From the IMG/VR virus record IMGVR_UViG_3300009159_000033: a stretch of 64,000 nt of DNA, one strand, 5' to 3'. Of the stretch, positions 63,905-64,000 are shown piece after piece. The notes under the pieces were generated by a model. It searched no databases, was not told the origin of the DNA, and saw only the letters and a program-made list of their open reading frames with translations. Every line of letters begins with the position of its first letter. Position 1 is the stretch's first letter. This DNA comes from a virus. The translations under genes were made by a program, and so were the position numbers.

Positions 63905-64000
63905 ATGCTCGTAAAATACTACATGTAGATTGGCCTCTCGAACTTCAGCTAATGAATACGCTTAGGGACAATTTACTCAAGTTAAATATAAATGCGTCTA
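63898..64000 (+). CDS. Partial ORF running off the window
   Basis: TTG start after GAGGAG; open to the window end. Confidence 0.45.
   Translation, partial: MLNARKILHVDWPLELQLMNTLRDNLLKLNINAS

Overview
This window looks like a 64-kb fragment of a large, probably jumbo, tailed dsDNA phage. Almost all genes are on the + strand and densely packed, with AGGAG-type RBSs. I saw no tRNA, rRNA or CRISPR array. Layout: (1) 84-3395, a tandem array of 18 translationally coupled, highly divergent Ser/Trp-rich microprotein genes (50-77 aa) joined by a conserved TGG-N11-ATGATAAG junction; (2) 3.4-10.8 kb, small hypothetical genes including a stand-alone RNA polymerase alpha-CTD protein, plus hairpin-rich intergenic elements; (3) 10.8-33.3 kb, replication/recombination genes (SbcD, SbcC, SF2 helicase, DnaB, primase, UDG-fused Pol A, dTMP kinase, RecA, DEDD exonuclease, resolvase), into which an IS110/Nop(Tas)-like gene and a Cas7/RAMP-like gene are inserted back to back; (4) 33-48 kb, hypotheticals, a portal-like protein, glycosyltransferases, a tubulin/FtsZ homolog, methyltransferases and an acyl carrier protein; (5) 48-64 kb, PhoH, a Nudix fusion, an HNH endonuclease, a UDP-sugar dehydrogenase, an SNF2 helicase, modular proteins punctuated by K-x-A motifs, a candidate ~290-nt structured RNA and a PhyH-type dioxygenase. 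All family assignments come from motifs recognised by eye; no database search was run. The strongest candidates for something new are the microprotein array, the Nop-like plus RAMP-like pair, and the K-x-A polyproteins.
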